From an uncultured bacterium (GTDB lineage Bacteria; Acidobacteriota; Thermoanaerobaculia; Multivoradales; JAHZIX01), in assembly GCA_965368975.1 (NCBI GenBank), contig CBDUPA010000008.1, positions 32,001-96,000 of the forward strand: a stretch of DNA of 64,000 nt. The letters are read 5' to 3'. The notes beneath the pieces were generated by a model, which did no database searches, was not told the origin of the DNA, and saw only the letters and a program-made list of their open reading frames with translations. Positions 32,989 through 44,044 of the stretch are shown piece by piece. A program made the translations under genes and the position numbers. Each line of letters starts with the position of its first letter. Position 1 is the stretch's first letter.

Positions 32989-34104
32989 ATGGCCGGTGGG
33001 CGGAAGACGTCTCGGCGTCCAGAGAGCATCAGGGGTTCGTTCCTGGTGCGTGGTGCCGAGCTATCGCCGGGTTTCTTGCGTCGGAGCGTGCTGTTGGTCA
33101 TTGCCCTTGTGGCCCTGGCCTGGTTCCTGTGGCCGAGTTCGCCACCGTCCGGAGTACTTCCGTCCGACCAGCCTGGTGAACCCTCGTCAGGCGTGTCTGC
33201 ACCTGGTATGGCGTCTTCATCGTCTCCACCCAGGGCAAGGGAACTGCCAAGCGGTGTGACGCCTTCCGAGGTGCACACCGTGCAGCTCACCACGCCGACT
33301 TCGCAGCCGGTGGCGCCGACGGTTCCACTCACTCCGGCAGATTCGGAGCCCCAGGCGGAGTCTGCTGTCGCGGTACCCTCTTCCTCAGAACCGGGTCTCC
33401 CGGCCCGGGTCGAGCGTCTGCGGGTGCGTGTGCTGGGAGAGTACCCACACGACCGACAGGCTTTCACGCAGGGGCTGCTGTGGCACGACGGCACCTTGTA
33501 TGAGAGCACCGGCGTCCACGGTCAATCGACGCTGCGCCGAGTCGATCTGGCGACCGGCCAGTTGTTGCAGCGCTTGCCGCTGGCACAGAACTACTTCGCC
33601 GAGGGCCTGGAACGGGTCGGTGATCAGCTGGTCCAGCTCACCTGGCGCTCAGGCACGGCCCTGGTCTACGACCTGGAGACCTTTCGCCGCGTGACGTCGT
33701 TCCACTACCAGGGCGAGGGCTGGGGCCTGTGCTTCAACGGCCGTGAGCTGGTGATGAGCAACGGCAGCTCGCACCTGACGCTGCGCGATCCGGAGTCGTT
33801 CCAGGTGGTCGAGCGTGTCGAGGTGACGCTCGAGCAGACGCCGCTGCGCTGGCTCAACGAACTCGAATGCGTCGGAGGGGTGGTCTACGCCAACATCTAT
33901 CAGCAGGACTGGATCGCACGTATCGATGGCCGCAGCGGTCGCGTCACCGCGGTCATCGACGCCAGTGGTCTGCTGCCCAACGAAGAGCGTAGGCAAGTCG
34001 ACGTGCTCAACGGCATTGCGTACGTTCCCGAGCGGGACGTCTTCCTGCTGACTGGCAAATATTGGCCCAGGGTCTTCGAGGTCGTCTTCGAGCCCCAGCC
34101 GTGA
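32989..34104 (+). CDS. Glutaminyl-peptide cyclotransferase
   Basis: YPHD..AFTQGL, YESTG, FAEGL, QLTW, GEGWGL, LNELE, VLNGIAY, TGKYWP; TM anchor and Pro/Ser linker. Confidence 0.93.
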   Translation: MAGGRKTSRRPESIRGSFLVRGAELSPGFLRRSVLLVIALVALAWFLWPSSPPSGVLPSDQPGEPSSGVSAPGMASSSSPPRARELPSGVTPSEVHTVQLTTPTSQPVAPTVPLTPADSEPQAESAVAVPSSSEPGLPARVERLRVRVLGEYPHDRQAFTQGLLWHDGTLYESTGVHGQSTLRRVDLATGQLLQRLPLAQNYFAEGLERVGDQLVQLTWRSGTALVYDLETFRRVTSFHYQGEGWGLCFNGRELVMSNGSSHLTLRDPESFQVVERVEVTLEQTPLRWLNELECVGGVVYANIYQQDWIARIDGRSGRVTAVIDASGLLPNEERRQVDVLNGIAYVPERDVFLLTGKYWPRVFEVVFEPQP

Positions 34105-34163
34105 ACTCGGAGCCTTCAGCCGTGAACTCGGAGCCTTCAGCCGTGAACTCGGAGCCTTCAGCC
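34096..34163. repeat. 21-bp perfect tandem repeat x3.2 spanning stop codon
   Basis: CAGCCGTGAACTCGGAGCCTT x3 plus CAGCC. Confidence 0.9.
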
Positions 34164-34323
34164 ATGAGGTTCTCATCTGGTTGCCCCTACCTCGTCGAGC
34201 TTCGGCTTGATAGCCTTCGAGCGGCGAGTCTCGAGGCGCCACCCGATCCATACAAGGCCTGATCCAGATACCAGATACCAGATACCGACAGATCCAGACA
34301 CCACAGGGAGGATGCGTAGCATC

Positions 34324-35379
34324 ATGAGTGATTCGCAGTGGTATGTAGCCGTACAGGGGCAGCAGCAGGGACCGATGAGCGCTGCCGAAGTGGTCGCAGG
34401 CGTACAGGCCGGTCGATTCGACCGTGGTGCCCACGTCTTCACGCAGGGCATGGCGGCCTGGGAGCCGATCACCTCGCGTGCTGAATTCAGTTCCGCTTTC
34501 AGTGCCGCGCCGCCGCCAGCGCCAGGATTGAGCCCGCCTCCGGTACCGGCGGCAGGACATTTGGCCTCGGGTCGACAAGCGCACGAGATCGACTTCGAGA
34601 TCCTGGGCAGCGAGATGCAGATGGTCGAGATCACGCTCGATCCGCAGGAAGCCTGCGTCGCGGAAGCTGGCGCCTTCATGTACATGGACCCGAGCGTGCA
34701 GATGGAGACCGTCTTCGGTGACGGCTCGGACAAGGACAGCGAGGGTGGTTTCATGGGCAAGCTTCTGGGCGCTGGCAAGCGCCTGATCACCGGCGAGTCG
34801 CTGTTCATGACGGTGTTCGCCAACCAGGGTGGTCAGCGCCAGGTGGTGGCCTTCGGTGCACCCTATCCGGGCAAGATCATCGATCTCGACCTGGCCAAGC
34901 ACGGCGGTGCGATCATTTGCCAGAAGGATGCCTTCCTGTGTGCCGCCAAGGGGGTTTCGGTCGGCATCGCCTTCCAGCGCAAGATCATGACGGGTCTGTT
35001 CGGCGGTGAGGGTTTCATCATGCAGAAGCTCGAGGGCGACGGCCTGGCCTTCGTGCATGCCGGCGGTACCATCGTGCGCCGGGACCTGGCACCAGGGGAA
35101 ACCCTGAGGGTTGACACCGGTTGTCTGGTGGCACTGGAACAGCAGGTGAGCTACGACGTGCAGCCGGTGCGTGGCGTCAAGAGCATGATCTTCGGCGGTG
35201 AGGGACTGTTCTTCGCCACGCTGACCGGTCCGGGCAAGATTTGGCTGCAGTCGCTACCGTTCAGCCGTCTGGCCGGCCGAATCTACCGTGCCGCGCCGCA
35301 GACCGGTGGTTCGCGGAAAGGCGAAGGTTCGATCCTCGACGCCGTCGGTGGTCTGGGCAATCTCCTCGACGGCGACTGA
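34324..35379 (+). CDS. TIGR00266/AIM24 family protein with N-terminal GYF_2 domain
   Basis: WYV...GQQQGP...WEPI (GYF_2); [33 protein letters not shown]. Confidence 0.88.
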   Translation: MSDSQWYVAVQGQQQGPMSAAEVVAGVQAGRFDRGAHVFTQGMAAWEPITSRAEFSSAFSAAPPPAPGLSPPPVPAAGHLASGRQAHEIDFEILGSEMQMVEITLDPQEACVAEAGAFMYMDPSVQMETVFGDGSDKDSEGGFMGKLLGAGKRLITGESLFMTVFANQGGQRQVVAFGAPYPGKIIDLDLAKHGGAIICQKDAFLCAAKGVSVGIAFQRKIMTGLFGGEGFIMQKLEGDGLAFVHAGGTIVRRDLAPGETLRVDTGCLVALEQQVSYDVQPVRGVKSMIFGGEGLFFATLTGPGKIWLQSLPFSRLAGRIYRAAPQTGGSRKGEGSILDAVGGLGNLLDGD

Positions 35380-35426
35380 ACCGAGCCCGGTGCCATACCG
35401 GTGAAAATGCTCAGGGTCGCAGCGGT

Positions 35427-35735
35427 TCAAGAGACGGCTTCGACCTTGAGCATGCGCGCGTAGGCAGTGCGCAAGGTCTCTGGCAAGTCCAGGGAGGCGA
35501 ACATGGTGCGCACCTCGTCGCGGCTGACGAAGGTCCAGATGTCTTCCCATTGCGCGTAGCGCAGCATGTTGGACACCGCCCAGGCCCGTCGCTCGGCGTC
35601 GTTTCCGCTCAGAATCTGCCGCAGCTCCGTGGCCGAGATCTCGGACTCGGGGAAGAAATACAGCGGCGAACCGGCTTGGTCTCGCGGGGGAGACGGAGCG
35701 GCGGTGCTGGCGACGTCGGCTTCGGTTCTTGCCAT
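35427..35735 (-). CDS. Small helical hypothetical protein
   Basis: 102 aa; own sigma70-like promoter TTGGCC-17-TATACT just upstream. Confidence 0.7.
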   Translation of the reverse strand: MARTEADVASTAAPSPPRDQAGSPLYFFPESEISATELRQILSGNDAERRAWAVSNMLRYAQWEDIWTFVSRDEVRTMFASLDLPETLRTAYARMLKVEAVS

Positions 35736-35841
35736 GGCACCTGGAAGTATAGCCTTTCGGGAGTGTCGGGCCAAGAGATGCCTTATCTGTGCCGTGGGCT
35801 TGACCGCGATGCCCGTGTCGGATAGATTTTTCTTCTGCTGA

Positions 35842-35916
35842 GCGGGCATAACTCAGTGGTAGAGTGCAAGCTTCCCAAGCTTGAGGTCGCGGGTTCGACC
35901 CCCGTTGCCCGCTCCA
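35842..35916 (+). tRNA. tRNA-Gly(CCC)
   Basis: Full cloverleaf: GCGGGCA/TGCCCGC acceptor, CAAGC-TTCCCAA-GCTTG, GGTTCGA T-loop, TCCA end; promoter TTGACC-17-TAGATT. Confidence 0.97.
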
Positions 35917-36010
35917 TTTTCTTCTCTCCGGCCAGCCCTGAAGACAGCCTTGCCAGCCATGGAAGTTTCATGGCGCAAAAGCGCGAGCAGCCCACGGAAA
36001 GCGAAGGTAC

Positions 36011-36679
36011 ATGAACTTCTTCAAGCGTGATTCGGGTCCGTCCTCGTCCACCGCAGTCACCACCTCCAGCCACCGCGAAGCGCCGTCACCAGATCGGGCT
36101 GGAGGCAAGCAGGCCGCCACCTACATCGCCGCCGGTTCGCGCATGGAAGGTGAAATTACCGGTTCCGCCGAGGTCTTGGTGGACGGCGAATTTCACGGGC
36201 AATTGCGGTTGGACAGTGCCGTCGTGGTTGGCCGCGAAGGGCGCATCCAGGGCGAGATTCAGGCGCGATCAGTGCGCATCGAGGGCCGAGTGAACGGCAA
36301 CGTGAGCGCCAAAGAGCGGGTCGAAGTCGTCTCTTCGGCGAGCCTCGAAGGCGACATTTCGGCCGCTCGAGTCTCGGTCGCCGAGGGTGCCTTCTTCAAG
36401 GGTAACGTCGAGATGGGCAGCGACAAGCCGGGGGCTGCCAAGGGCAGTTCGAGTGGCAAGTCCCCTTTGACCCACGTCCAAGATGCGGACGCGTCACGGT
36501 CGTCGTCCCCATCGGATGGCGCGGGACGGGTTGGTGCGGAACAGGGCAGTTCTGGTTCCAAGTCGGCCGCTTCGGCGACGGAGAGTTCCGGGAAGAATCG
36601 CTCGGGACAGGACAAGCCGGGACAGGGGCCTTCCGGACCGGGTAACGCTGGCCAGGGTAAGAGAAAGGGCGGACGATGA
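36011..36679 (+). CDS. Bactofilin (polymer-forming cytoskeletal protein)
   Basis: TYIA.G..MEGEI...VLVDGEFHG...IEGRV.GNV...LEGDI...VAEGAFFKG; disordered tail. Confidence 0.92.
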   Translation: MNFFKRDSGPSSSTAVTTSSHREAPSPDRAGGKQAATYIAAGSRMEGEITGSAEVLVDGEFHGQLRLDSAVVVGREGRIQGEIQARSVRIEGRVNGNVSAKERVEVVSSASLEGDISAARVSVAEGAFFKGNVEMGSDKPGAAKGSSSGKSPLTHVQDADASRSSSPSDGAGRVGAEQGSSGSKSAASATESSGKNRSGQDKPGQGPSGPGNAGQGKRKGGR

Positions 36680-37797
36680 AGGTTGGAATTCCGAAGGAAG
36701 TCAAGGACCACGAGTACCGTGTCGGTATGATTCCGGCCGCGGTGCACGCCTTGGTGGACGCCGGGCACGAGGTGTTGGTGCAAGCTAGCGCCGGCCTCGG
36801 TAGCGACATCTCGGATCAAGAGTACATTGATGCCGGTGCGCGCGTCGCCGACGACGCCGAGACCGTTTGGCGATCCTCGGAGATGATCATCAAGGTCAAG
36901 GAGCCGGTCGAGTCTGAGTTCGATTTGCTCCAGCCGCGCCAGGTTCTATTCACCTACCTGCATCTGGCGCCGCTGCGCGAACTGACCGACGTGCTGCTCG
37001 AGCGCGAGGTCAGCGGTATCGCCTACGAAACGATCACGGACGCGCGCGGTCACCTACCGCTGTTGACACCCATGTCGGAAGTGGCGGGTCGCATGGCAGC
37101 CTTGGCCGGTGCCAACTACTTGCAGCGTCGTTTCGGTGGTCGTGGGACCTTGCTCTGCGGTGTCCCGGGCGTGCCGCCGGGGGACGTCGTGATCATTGGC
37201 GGTGGCATCGTCGGTATCAACGCCGCCAAGGTGGCCCTGGGCTTCGGCGCCCGGGTGTCGATCCTCGACACCAATCTCGACAAGCTACGCTCCATCGACG
37301 ATCTCTTCGACGGCCAGGTCACCACGCTGGCCAGCAACCACCACAACATCCGCGCTGCACTGAGCCGTGCCGACGTGCTGATCGGCGCCGTGCTGATCCC
37401 GGGTTCGGCGGCCCCCAAGCTGGTGAGTCGCGAGATGCTGGGTGGAATGAAGCGCGGCTCCGTGGCGGTCGATGTCGCCGTCGACCAAGGGGGTTGTTTC
37501 GAGACCACGCGGCCGACGACGCACTCAGACCCAGTCTACGAAGAGGAAGGTGTCGTCCACTACTGCGTCTCGAATATGCCGGGTGCGGTGCCACGGACCT
37601 CGACCTTCGCGCTCAACAACGCGACGATGCCCTATGCCCTCGACCTGGCCAACAAGGGCACCATCCGCGCGGTGCGTGAGAATCCCGGCCTCTACGGCGG
37701 TGTCAACACCTACCGCGGTCACATCACCTGCCAGCCGGTGGCGGAGTCGCAGAACCAGCCGTACAAGCCGCTCAGCGAGTTGCTCGAGCTGCACTGA
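36676..37797 (+). CDS. ald: Alanine dehydrogenase
   Basis: [46 protein letters not shown]. Confidence 0.97.
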   Translation: MKVGIPKEVKDHEYRVGMIPAAVHALVDAGHEVLVQASAGLGSDISDQEYIDAGARVADDAETVWRSSEMIIKVKEPVESEFDLLQPRQVLFTYLHLAPLRELTDVLLEREVSGIAYETITDARGHLPLLTPMSEVAGRMAALAGANYLQRRFGGRGTLLCGVPGVPPGDVVIIGGGIVGINAAKVALGFGARVSILDTNLDKLRSIDDLFDGQVTTLASNHHNIRAALSRADVLIGAVLIPGSAAPKLVSREMLGGMKRGSVAVDVAVDQGGCFETTRPTTHSDPVYEEEGVVHYCVSNMPGAVPRTSTFALNNATMPYALDLANKGTIRAVRENPGLYGGVNTYRGHITCQPVAESQNQPYKPLSELLELH

Positions 37798-37819
37798 TCG
37801 CCCCCGTCCGAGTCGGTAG

Positions 37820-39781
37820 CTACCCGTCCGAGTCGGGAGCTACTCGAGCCAGAGCCTGCTCGGCTTGCAGGTGCCGTGGGTCGAGTTGTAGGGTGCGCCG
37901 ATAGTGCTCGGCGGCCTGCTCCAGGTCTCCGAGCTCGCGTAGCAACTCGCCGTACTGGTAGTGCGTGTTGGGCCACAATGGCCGGAGCTGTAAGAGACGC
38001 TCGTACTGTCGGCGGGCGGCGTCGAGATCGTCCGTGCTGCGCAACAGCCGCGCTAGGTTGAAGCGAGCTTCGAATCGGTCGGGATGCTGGTCGAGCAAAT
38101 GGTCCAGCTGCTCGATGGCGATGTCATACTGGCCCTTCTGTGCCAGCGCCAAGGCGCGCCACTCGAGGGCCTGCGCGCGTGTGGCTGAGTCGTGCGGTGC
38201 CTCGGCCAGTCTGGCGAGCGCCGCGGTCAGAGCGGGCATGGCGTCGTCTGGACGTTGCTGCAGCAGGCGTGCGTGTGCCAGGTCGAGATACGGTTCCGGA
38301 AAGGGGGGCTCCTGGCTCGCGAGCAAGCGCTCCAGATGCTCGATACCCGCGGGCGAGGCGGCACCGCTGAGACGGACTAGCGTGGTGACCGCGTAAAGGT
38401 CGGCGTGGAGTTGCAGCTGCGGTGGCAGATTCTCGGGCTGGCGCAACCACAGATCGGTGATCGGCGGGTGAACTTCCTCGAGTGGTGCCAGGGCGCCAGG
38501 CGGTGCTCGGCGCTGGATCCGGTGATCGGTCATGGCGACGTGGACGACATCTTGGGTGCGCCGCTGCGGCATGTGGCAGGCGGTACAATCCTGGGCGGAC
38601 ACGTCCGGCAGGTCGGCATGCCCCGTCATCGCGTCCAGTTGGCAAGCGTCGACCTCGTGGCAACTCAGGCAGGCTTGCCGGTAGTGCTCGACGCGCCGAG
38701 CCGGTTCCACCTTGCGGTGCGGGTCGTGGCAGCTCAGGCAGGAGAGATCGCCCGGCGGTGATTCCAGAAAGCAGCGACTCTGTTCCAGGCGATAGGGGTG
38801 GTGGTTGATCTCGAAGCGCTCGACCATCGTTCGGCCTTCTTCTTTGATGTCTGGATAGAGCAGGAAGGCGTTGAGGTCGTAGCCCGCACGAAAGGCATAG
38901 TCACCGACACCGAAGGGGCGCACGCCGGGGAGCGCGACGGTCGGTTGGAGGTGACATTGGTGGCACACGTCGTCACGGCGCGCGGCGGGCAGGTCGATGG
39001 GGTCGAGAATGCTGGTGCGCACGGTCTCGCTGTCGGCGTCGCCCAGGGCCAGGCGCGAGTGCTCTGCACCCGGGCCGTGACAGCGCTGGCAGCCGATGCC
39101 CTCGGGCAGATCGGCAGGAAAGGTGTGCGGGGCGCCGAAGCTATCACTGCCGGCCTCAACGTCCGGGTAGCCGTTGTGGCAGAACATGCATTCGCGCCGC
39201 AGCCGCCGCGTCAAGCCGCCGTGCTCGACGCTGTCAAACCCCGGTGCCATGGCCCAGCCAGCGCCCTGTGTGTACCAAGCAAGGGGTAGTTGGTAGAGCT
39301 CGCCGCCGGGCGTCTGGACGATGTAGACGCGCGACGTGTGGCCCGACCCCATCACCCAGTCGATGTCGAGCTCGAGCAGGTGGCGGCGCTCACCGGTCGC
39401 GTCCGGCTGCCATTGGCGGAAGACCAGGCGCTCGCCCTGTCGCTGCATCTGGTACGCCATGCCGCTGGCCGCATGCTGGAAACTGGGCGCGGTGCTGCCG
39501 GCTGCTGCGAAGGTCTCGATATCGCGCTCGACTGCCGGACGGAAGAAGGACTGTGCCATCCCCAGGTGCTGGTAGTCGTTGTACAGCCCCTGGTGACACA
39601 GCGCGCACGCCCGATCGTCGACGTAGCCGGGGGCCGCGCCGCCGGAGACAGCGAAACCGAGTGCAGCCAGAGGGTCGTGGGGCTCGCCCGTCGCGGGTGC
39701 CGACCGCTGCTCCAGCCAGGCGAAGAGGCCCACGACGGCTGCCACGAGCAAGATTGCCGAGAAGATTGGTTGCCAGCGCAT
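37820..39781 (-). CDS. Membrane-anchored multiheme cytochrome c with C-terminal TPRs
   Basis: Seven CxxCH motifs (CALCH, CMFCH, CQRCH, CHQCH, CLSCH x2, CTACH); TPR tail. Confidence 0.88.
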   Translation of the reverse strand: MRWQPIFSAILLVAAVVGLFAWLEQRSAPATGEPHDPLAALGFAVSGGAAPGYVDDRACALCHQGLYNDYQHLGMAQSFFRPAVERDIETFAAAGSTAPSFQHAASGMAYQMQRQGERLVFRQWQPDATGERRHLLELDIDWVMGSGHTSRVYIVQTPGGELYQLPLAWYTQGAGWAMAPGFDSVEHGGLTRRLRRECMFCHNGYPDVEAGSDSFGAPHTFPADLPEGIGCQRCHGPGAEHSRLALGDADSETVRTSILDPIDLPAARRDDVCHQCHLQPTVALPGVRPFGVGDYAFRAGYDLNAFLLYPDIKEEGRTMVERFEINHHPYRLEQSRCFLESPPGDLSCLSCHDPHRKVEPARRVEHYRQACLSCHEVDACQLDAMTGHADLPDVSAQDCTACHMPQRRTQDVVHVAMTDHRIQRRAPPGALAPLEEVHPPITDLWLRQPENLPPQLQLHADLYAVTTLVRLSGAASPAGIEHLERLLASQEPPFPEPYLDLAHARLLQQRPDDAMPALTAALARLAEAPHDSATRAQALEWRALALAQKGQYDIAIEQLDHLLDQHPDRFEARFNLARLLRSTDDLDAARRQYERLLQLRPLWPNTHYQYGELLRELGDLEQAAEHYRRTLQLDPRHLQAEQALARVAPDSDG

Positions 39782-39875
39782 GTCGGGCGCGGATTGTACC
39801 AGGTAAGATCGGCCGGCGTGCTGGTATCCGATGCACGCATCGCCGGCTCACTCGTCACTCCAGGAGGCTTCCCGC

Positions 39876-42137
39876 ATGACTCGAACTGCTCGTACGCTCC
39901 CCACGGTCGTCCTCGCCGGTCTGTCGCTGGCGGGAGGGCTCTCCTCAGTTGGTGAGGCGTCAGCCTCTGCAGCGGCAGCCAGCGCGGCGTCGGCGGCTCG
40001 GATGGCGGGCAAGTGGACGCCGGAACAGCTGCTCCAACATGATGCCGAGTGGCTGCGTGAGATCGGGCTGCGTGTGCCGGCAGGGGAGCTGTGGAATGCT
40101 GACGGAGGCTTGCTGCGGGCTGTGGTCAACATTCGGGGTTGCACGGCCAGCTTCGTGTCCGAGCAGGGTCTGATGCTGACCAATCACCACTGTGTGTACT
40201 CGATTCTCCAGCAGCACAGCACGCCGGAGCGCGACCTGCTGCGCGACGGTTTCGTCGCCGAGCGGCTGGAGGACGAGTTGCCGGGGGGCAATAGTTGGGC
40301 ATCGGTGATCCATCGCCTGACCGATGTGACGGCCGAGGTCGAGGCGGCGGTGCCCGCTGGTGCAGACGACCTGCAACGATACCAGGCGTTGGAGGCGAAG
40401 AAGAAGGAACTGGTGGCGGCTTGTGAGGCACAGCCGCACCGGCGCTGCCAGGTAGCTGTCTACGACGATGGTGTGCACTATGAGTTGATCGAGGCACTCG
40501 AGTTCACCGACGTGCGCCTGGTGTATGCACCGCCGCAGGCGGTGGGGGAGTACGGCGGCGAAGTCGACAATTGGTCATGGCCGCGCCACACTGGCGACTT
40601 CGCGCTACTGCGCGTCTATGCGGCAGAGGGGAAGCGACCGGCCGCCTACGATACGGCGAACCAACCCTACCGGCCGCAGGTGTCGCTGCGTCTGGCCACC
40701 GAAGGCGTTGAGGCCGGAGACTTCATTCTCGTTCCGGGCTTTCCGGCCCGCAGCTACCGCTCGTGGATCGTCGACGAGGTGGCCGAGCGTGCCGAGCTGT
40801 TCTTTCCCCAGCGCAGCGCGCTCTACCAGGATTGGCTGCAGGTTCTGAGCCAGGAAGCAGAGAACGGCGAAGCTGCCCGCCTGGCCTTGGCGGATCGCAG
40901 CAAGCGGTTGGCCAACCGTGAGAAGAACTCGCGCGGGCAGCTGGCAGGACTGGCGCGTGGCGAGGTGCTGGAGCACAAAAGGGCCGCCGAGCGCGAGATC
41001 TTGGCCTGGGCCGGGGAGCAGGCGGTGCACCGTGGGGCAATTGAGGCCTACGCGGAACTACAGGCGCTCGCCGCCGAGACCCGTGCGACATGGCAGCGAG
41101 ACTTCCTGCTCGATCAAGTCGACAGTGGGCCGCTGGTGCTGGACCTGGCACTCGATCTGGTGCGTGCCGCGACGGAGCGTGAGAAGCCGGACGCCGAGCG
41201 TGAGCCGGGCTTTCAAGACCGGGATCGGAGTAACCTGCGGCGCTCGCAGGAGCGCAACCAGTCGCAGCTGTATCGACCCGCCGAGGCCCGCTTGCTGACC
41301 GACCTGTTGCTGCGCCTCATGGCCTTGCCTTCCGACCAGCGTCCGCCAGCGGTCAGGCGCCTGGCAGCAGGGTTGGAGGAGGGAGAAGCCGCCGGTCGTG
41401 AGGCCTGGGCGGCGCGGCTCGACGAAGTGCTCGCCGAGACCCAGGTGTTCGACCTGACCGCGCGGCTCGAGATGTTCGAGCAGACACTGGCAGAGCTACG
41501 CGCGCGCGGCGACAGCCTGCTCGACCTGGCGTTCGAGCTGCAAGAGACGATTCTCGATGTCGAAGCGGCGCGCAAGCGACGGCAGGGAGCGATTTCGCGT
41601 CTGCGCCCACTGTGGCGCCGAGCCGTGGCGGCGCACGCGGCCGCGCCCGTCGACCCGGACGCCAATGGCACACTGCGGGTCAGCCTCGGTCGCGTGCAGG
41701 GCTATTCGCCGCGTGATGGCATCTACATGCTGCCGTTCACGCGATTGTCGGGCTTGATCGCCAAGCACACCGGAACCGAGCCGTTCGATGTGCCCGAGGC
41801 AGTGCTCGAGGCCGCCGGCAAGCAGAGTCTCGAGGACGCGGAGACGCGCTGGGTCGCCGAGGCGCTGGGCGAGGTGCCCGTCTGCTTCTTGGGCACGGCT
41901 GACACCACGGGCGGCAACTCCGGCTCACCCGTTCTCGACGCCGAGGGACGGGTGGTAGGGGTCAACTTCGACCGCGTCTGGGAGAACGTGGCCAACGACT
42001 TTGGCTACAACCCCGAGGTCGCTCGGCAGGTCAGTGTCGACGTGCGCTACTTGTGGTGGATGCTCAGCGAGGTCGCTGGGCCGCCGGCAGCTCGCTTGCT
42101 AGAGGAGCTGGCGGGGCCGCGCTCGATGGATGAGTAG
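39876..42137 (+). CDS. S46 family dipeptidyl peptidase
   Basis: GCTASFVS, TNHHC, DNW.WPRHTGDF, PDANGTLR, TTGGNSGS, NFDR. Confidence 0.93.
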   Translation: MTRTARTLPTVVLAGLSLAGGLSSVGEASASAAAASAASAARMAGKWTPEQLLQHDAEWLREIGLRVPAGELWNADGGLLRAVVNIRGCTASFVSEQGLMLTNHHCVYSILQQHSTPERDLLRDGFVAERLEDELPGGNSWASVIHRLTDVTAEVEAAVPAGADDLQRYQALEAKKKELVAACEAQPHRRCQVAVYDDGVHYELIEALEFTDVRLVYAPPQAVGEYGGEVDNWSWPRHTGDFALLRVYAAEGKRPAAYDTANQPYRPQVSLRLATEGVEAGDFILVPGFPARSYRSWIVDEVAERAELFFPQRSALYQDWLQVLSQEAENGEAARLALADRSKRLANREKNSRGQLAGLARGEVLEHKRAAEREILAWAGEQAVHRGAIEAYAELQALAAETRATWQRDFLLDQVDSGPLVLDLALDLVRAATEREKPDAEREPGFQDRDRSNLRRSQERNQSQLYRPAEARLLTDLLLRLMALPSDQRPPAVRRLAAGLEEGEAAGREAWAARLDEVLAETQVFDLTARLEMFEQTLAELRARGDSLLDLAFELQETILDVEAARKRRQGAISRLRPLWRRAVAAHAAAPVDPDANGTLRVSLGRVQGYSPRDGIYMLPFTRLSGLIAKHTGTEPFDVPEAVLEAAGKQSLEDAETRWVAEALGEVPVCFLGTADTTGGNSGSPVLDAEGRVVGVNFDRVWENVANDFGYNPEVARQVSVDVRYLWWMLSEVAGPPAARLLEELAGPRSMDE

Positions 42138-42349
42138 GGCGATTGGAGGGGATTTCAATCCAATTCTGATCCAACAGAATGACGGCAGGCGACATGAGAC
42201 TTCTCCTCTGCAAGAGCAAGGGCAATCTGTTCATCGAGCTGTAGGCTGGAGAATGACCCAGATCAAAGGATATTCAAAACATTCCTATACTAGCATGGGT
42301 GCATGAGGGCGTCCAGGGCGGGACGTTTTTCTCACTGCCGTTTCGGGGA

Positions 42350-44023
42350 TCAGTCGTAGACACCGTCAGCGAACCAGTCGCCGCTGCTGCGATCACGGTA
42401 GATACGGTAAAGGCCACCGCCGCTCAGCTCGATGTCCCAGTAGTCGCGCTGTGCGGCACCGGCTTCGTCCCACCAGGCTTCTTCCAGACTCCAGGGGCCA
42501 GAGGCGACGCGAATGCGTCCCTCGATACGAGGTCGGCGGGTGGCCTCGTCTTGGTGGCTCGTGCGCAAGGACAGCAGTTGCAGGTCGTCGAGGTTGCTGC
42601 CCGGGTGACCGTTACCGGTTCTGCCGCTTCCAGTTCTGCCGTTTCCCGTGCGACCGCCTTGTGTGGGAGCGCCTGTTGCTGGCTTGGTGGCTGTCATCAC
42701 CTCCAGCTCGACGGCGGGGCGCAGGGCGCGGACGGTGAGCAGGCCGTGGGCCGCAGCAGGCATCGGGGTGCCGGCGGGGGTGGTGGGCGGGGGCGGTGGG
42801 CGGAACTCGACTAGCTGAAAGGTCTCGGGACGGTGGTCGTCGCGCGGTCGCGGTGAGCCGACGCGTTCCGGGCCGAGGAGCGCGAAGAGGCGGGCGAGGG
42901 TGGTGGCGAGTGCGTCCGGCGACAGTTCGGCCGGACCGAACAGCGACAGCTGCGCGGCTCGCGGTCGGTCAGGATGTGCGATGAAGACAAAGCCGGTAAC
43001 CGGCGCCCCAGGCACGCGCGCTTCGAGTTCCAGGCGCACCAAGGTGAGCAGGGTCTTGACGTCGCGTGTCGCCGTCGGTAGTTCGATGCTGCGCTCGTGG
43101 TGTCCGTCCGGCTCGAGTTCCAGGCGCAGTTCCAACTGCTTGCATGCCAGGCCGCAACCGGCCAGGCGCCGGCTCAGCCGTTCCAGGGCGCTGCGGGCGA
43201 TGAAGAGAAAGGGTTCGAGCGCCACCAGCGGCCATTCCAGGGCGCTGCCCTCACGAAAGTCGACCGGTGGCTGGCGTGGCATCAGCGGTTGTGGATCGAG
43301 GCCGCGGGCGATGGCATGCAGGGCCTGCCCCTCGCCGCCCAGACGACTGGAGATCTGGGCCTCGGACAGATTGGCGAGTTGTCCGGCAGTGTGGATGCCC
43401 CAGCGTTCGAGGGTGTGGGCCAGGCGCAGACCGGGCGATAGCCGCTCCAGAGGTAGCGGTGCCAGGAAGGCGGCTTCTTCGCCGGCCGGGATCACCGTTG
43501 GTTCGGCGCGCAAGCCGGCCGCGACCCGGGCCGCCAGTTTGCTGCCGGCGATGCCGACACGCAGTGGTAGGCCGTCGTCCTCGGCACTGAGAATCAGGGC
43601 TCTTGCCAGGAGCAGTTCAGGGGGCTCTGGAGGTCGCGTTGCTGGCTCGCCGGACGATGCCTGAGAGAAATGCCGTTCTAGGCCACCGGTGTCGAGGTAG
43701 GCGAGACCTGCGCCGCCGTCTTCGAGGCGTGGCGAGAAGCGTTCGGCGACTTCGAGCAGGGCTTCCTGCGCGGAGACCTCACACGCTGCGTCGCGGCCGC
43801 GCGCCACGAGTTTGGGGATCAGGGCGCGCGCCTGCGACAGCGTCATGCCGGGACGCACGCCGGCCTGGCGAGCCAGGCGCGTCGCGGCGACGATGCGGGC
43901 GGTCTGGCCTTCACCGGTGAGCACAGCGAGGGCTTCGCCCTTCAGTTCCGGCTCGCTGCGCAGACGGGCGGCGAGTGGGAAGAGGGGAACCCACAGGCAG
44001 GCGAGGCGTTGCGGGGGGGCCAC
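42350..44023 (-). CDS. imuB: ImuB, catalytically inactive Y-family polymerase homologue
   Basis: A..AGV.PGM.L.QAR, FSP.LE, FLAPLP...L, QLSLF clamp motif, GPW....WW, RDYWD, W...GVYD. Confidence 0.9.
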   Translation of the reverse strand: MAPPQRLACLWVPLFPLAARLRSEPELKGEALAVLTGEGQTARIVAATRLARQAGVRPGMTLSQARALIPKLVARGRDAACEVSAQEALLEVAERFSPRLEDGGAGLAYLDTGGLERHFSQASSGEPATRPPEPPELLLARALILSAEDDGLPLRVGIAGSKLAARVAAGLRAEPTVIPAGEEAAFLAPLPLERLSPGLRLAHTLERWGIHTAGQLANLSEAQISSRLGGEGQALHAIARGLDPQPLMPRQPPVDFREGSALEWPLVALEPFLFIARSALERLSRRLAGCGLACKQLELRLELEPDGHHERSIELPTATRDVKTLLTLVRLELEARVPGAPVTGFVFIAHPDRPRAAQLSLFGPAELSPDALATTLARLFALLGPERVGSPRPRDDHRPETFQLVEFRPPPPPTTPAGTPMPAAAHGLLTVRALRPAVELEVMTATKPATGAPTQGGRTGNGRTGSGRTGNGHPGSNLDDLQLLSLRTSHQDEATRRPRIEGRIRVASGPWSLEEAWWDEAGAAQRDYWDIELSGGGLYRIYRDRSSGDWFADGVYD

Positions 44024-44044
44024 GGCGACGGCGGCCTCTCGGGA

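Noticed and set aside
35842-35916. tRNA-Gly as an island integration site
   Set aside because: No integrase, no duplicated 3' end noticed, and no composition shift.
42138-42349. Lower-GC spacer containing ATTTCAATCC, like a CRISPR repeat end, and a short reading-frame fragment
   Set aside because: Single occurrence, no array and no convincing start; at most a remnant.
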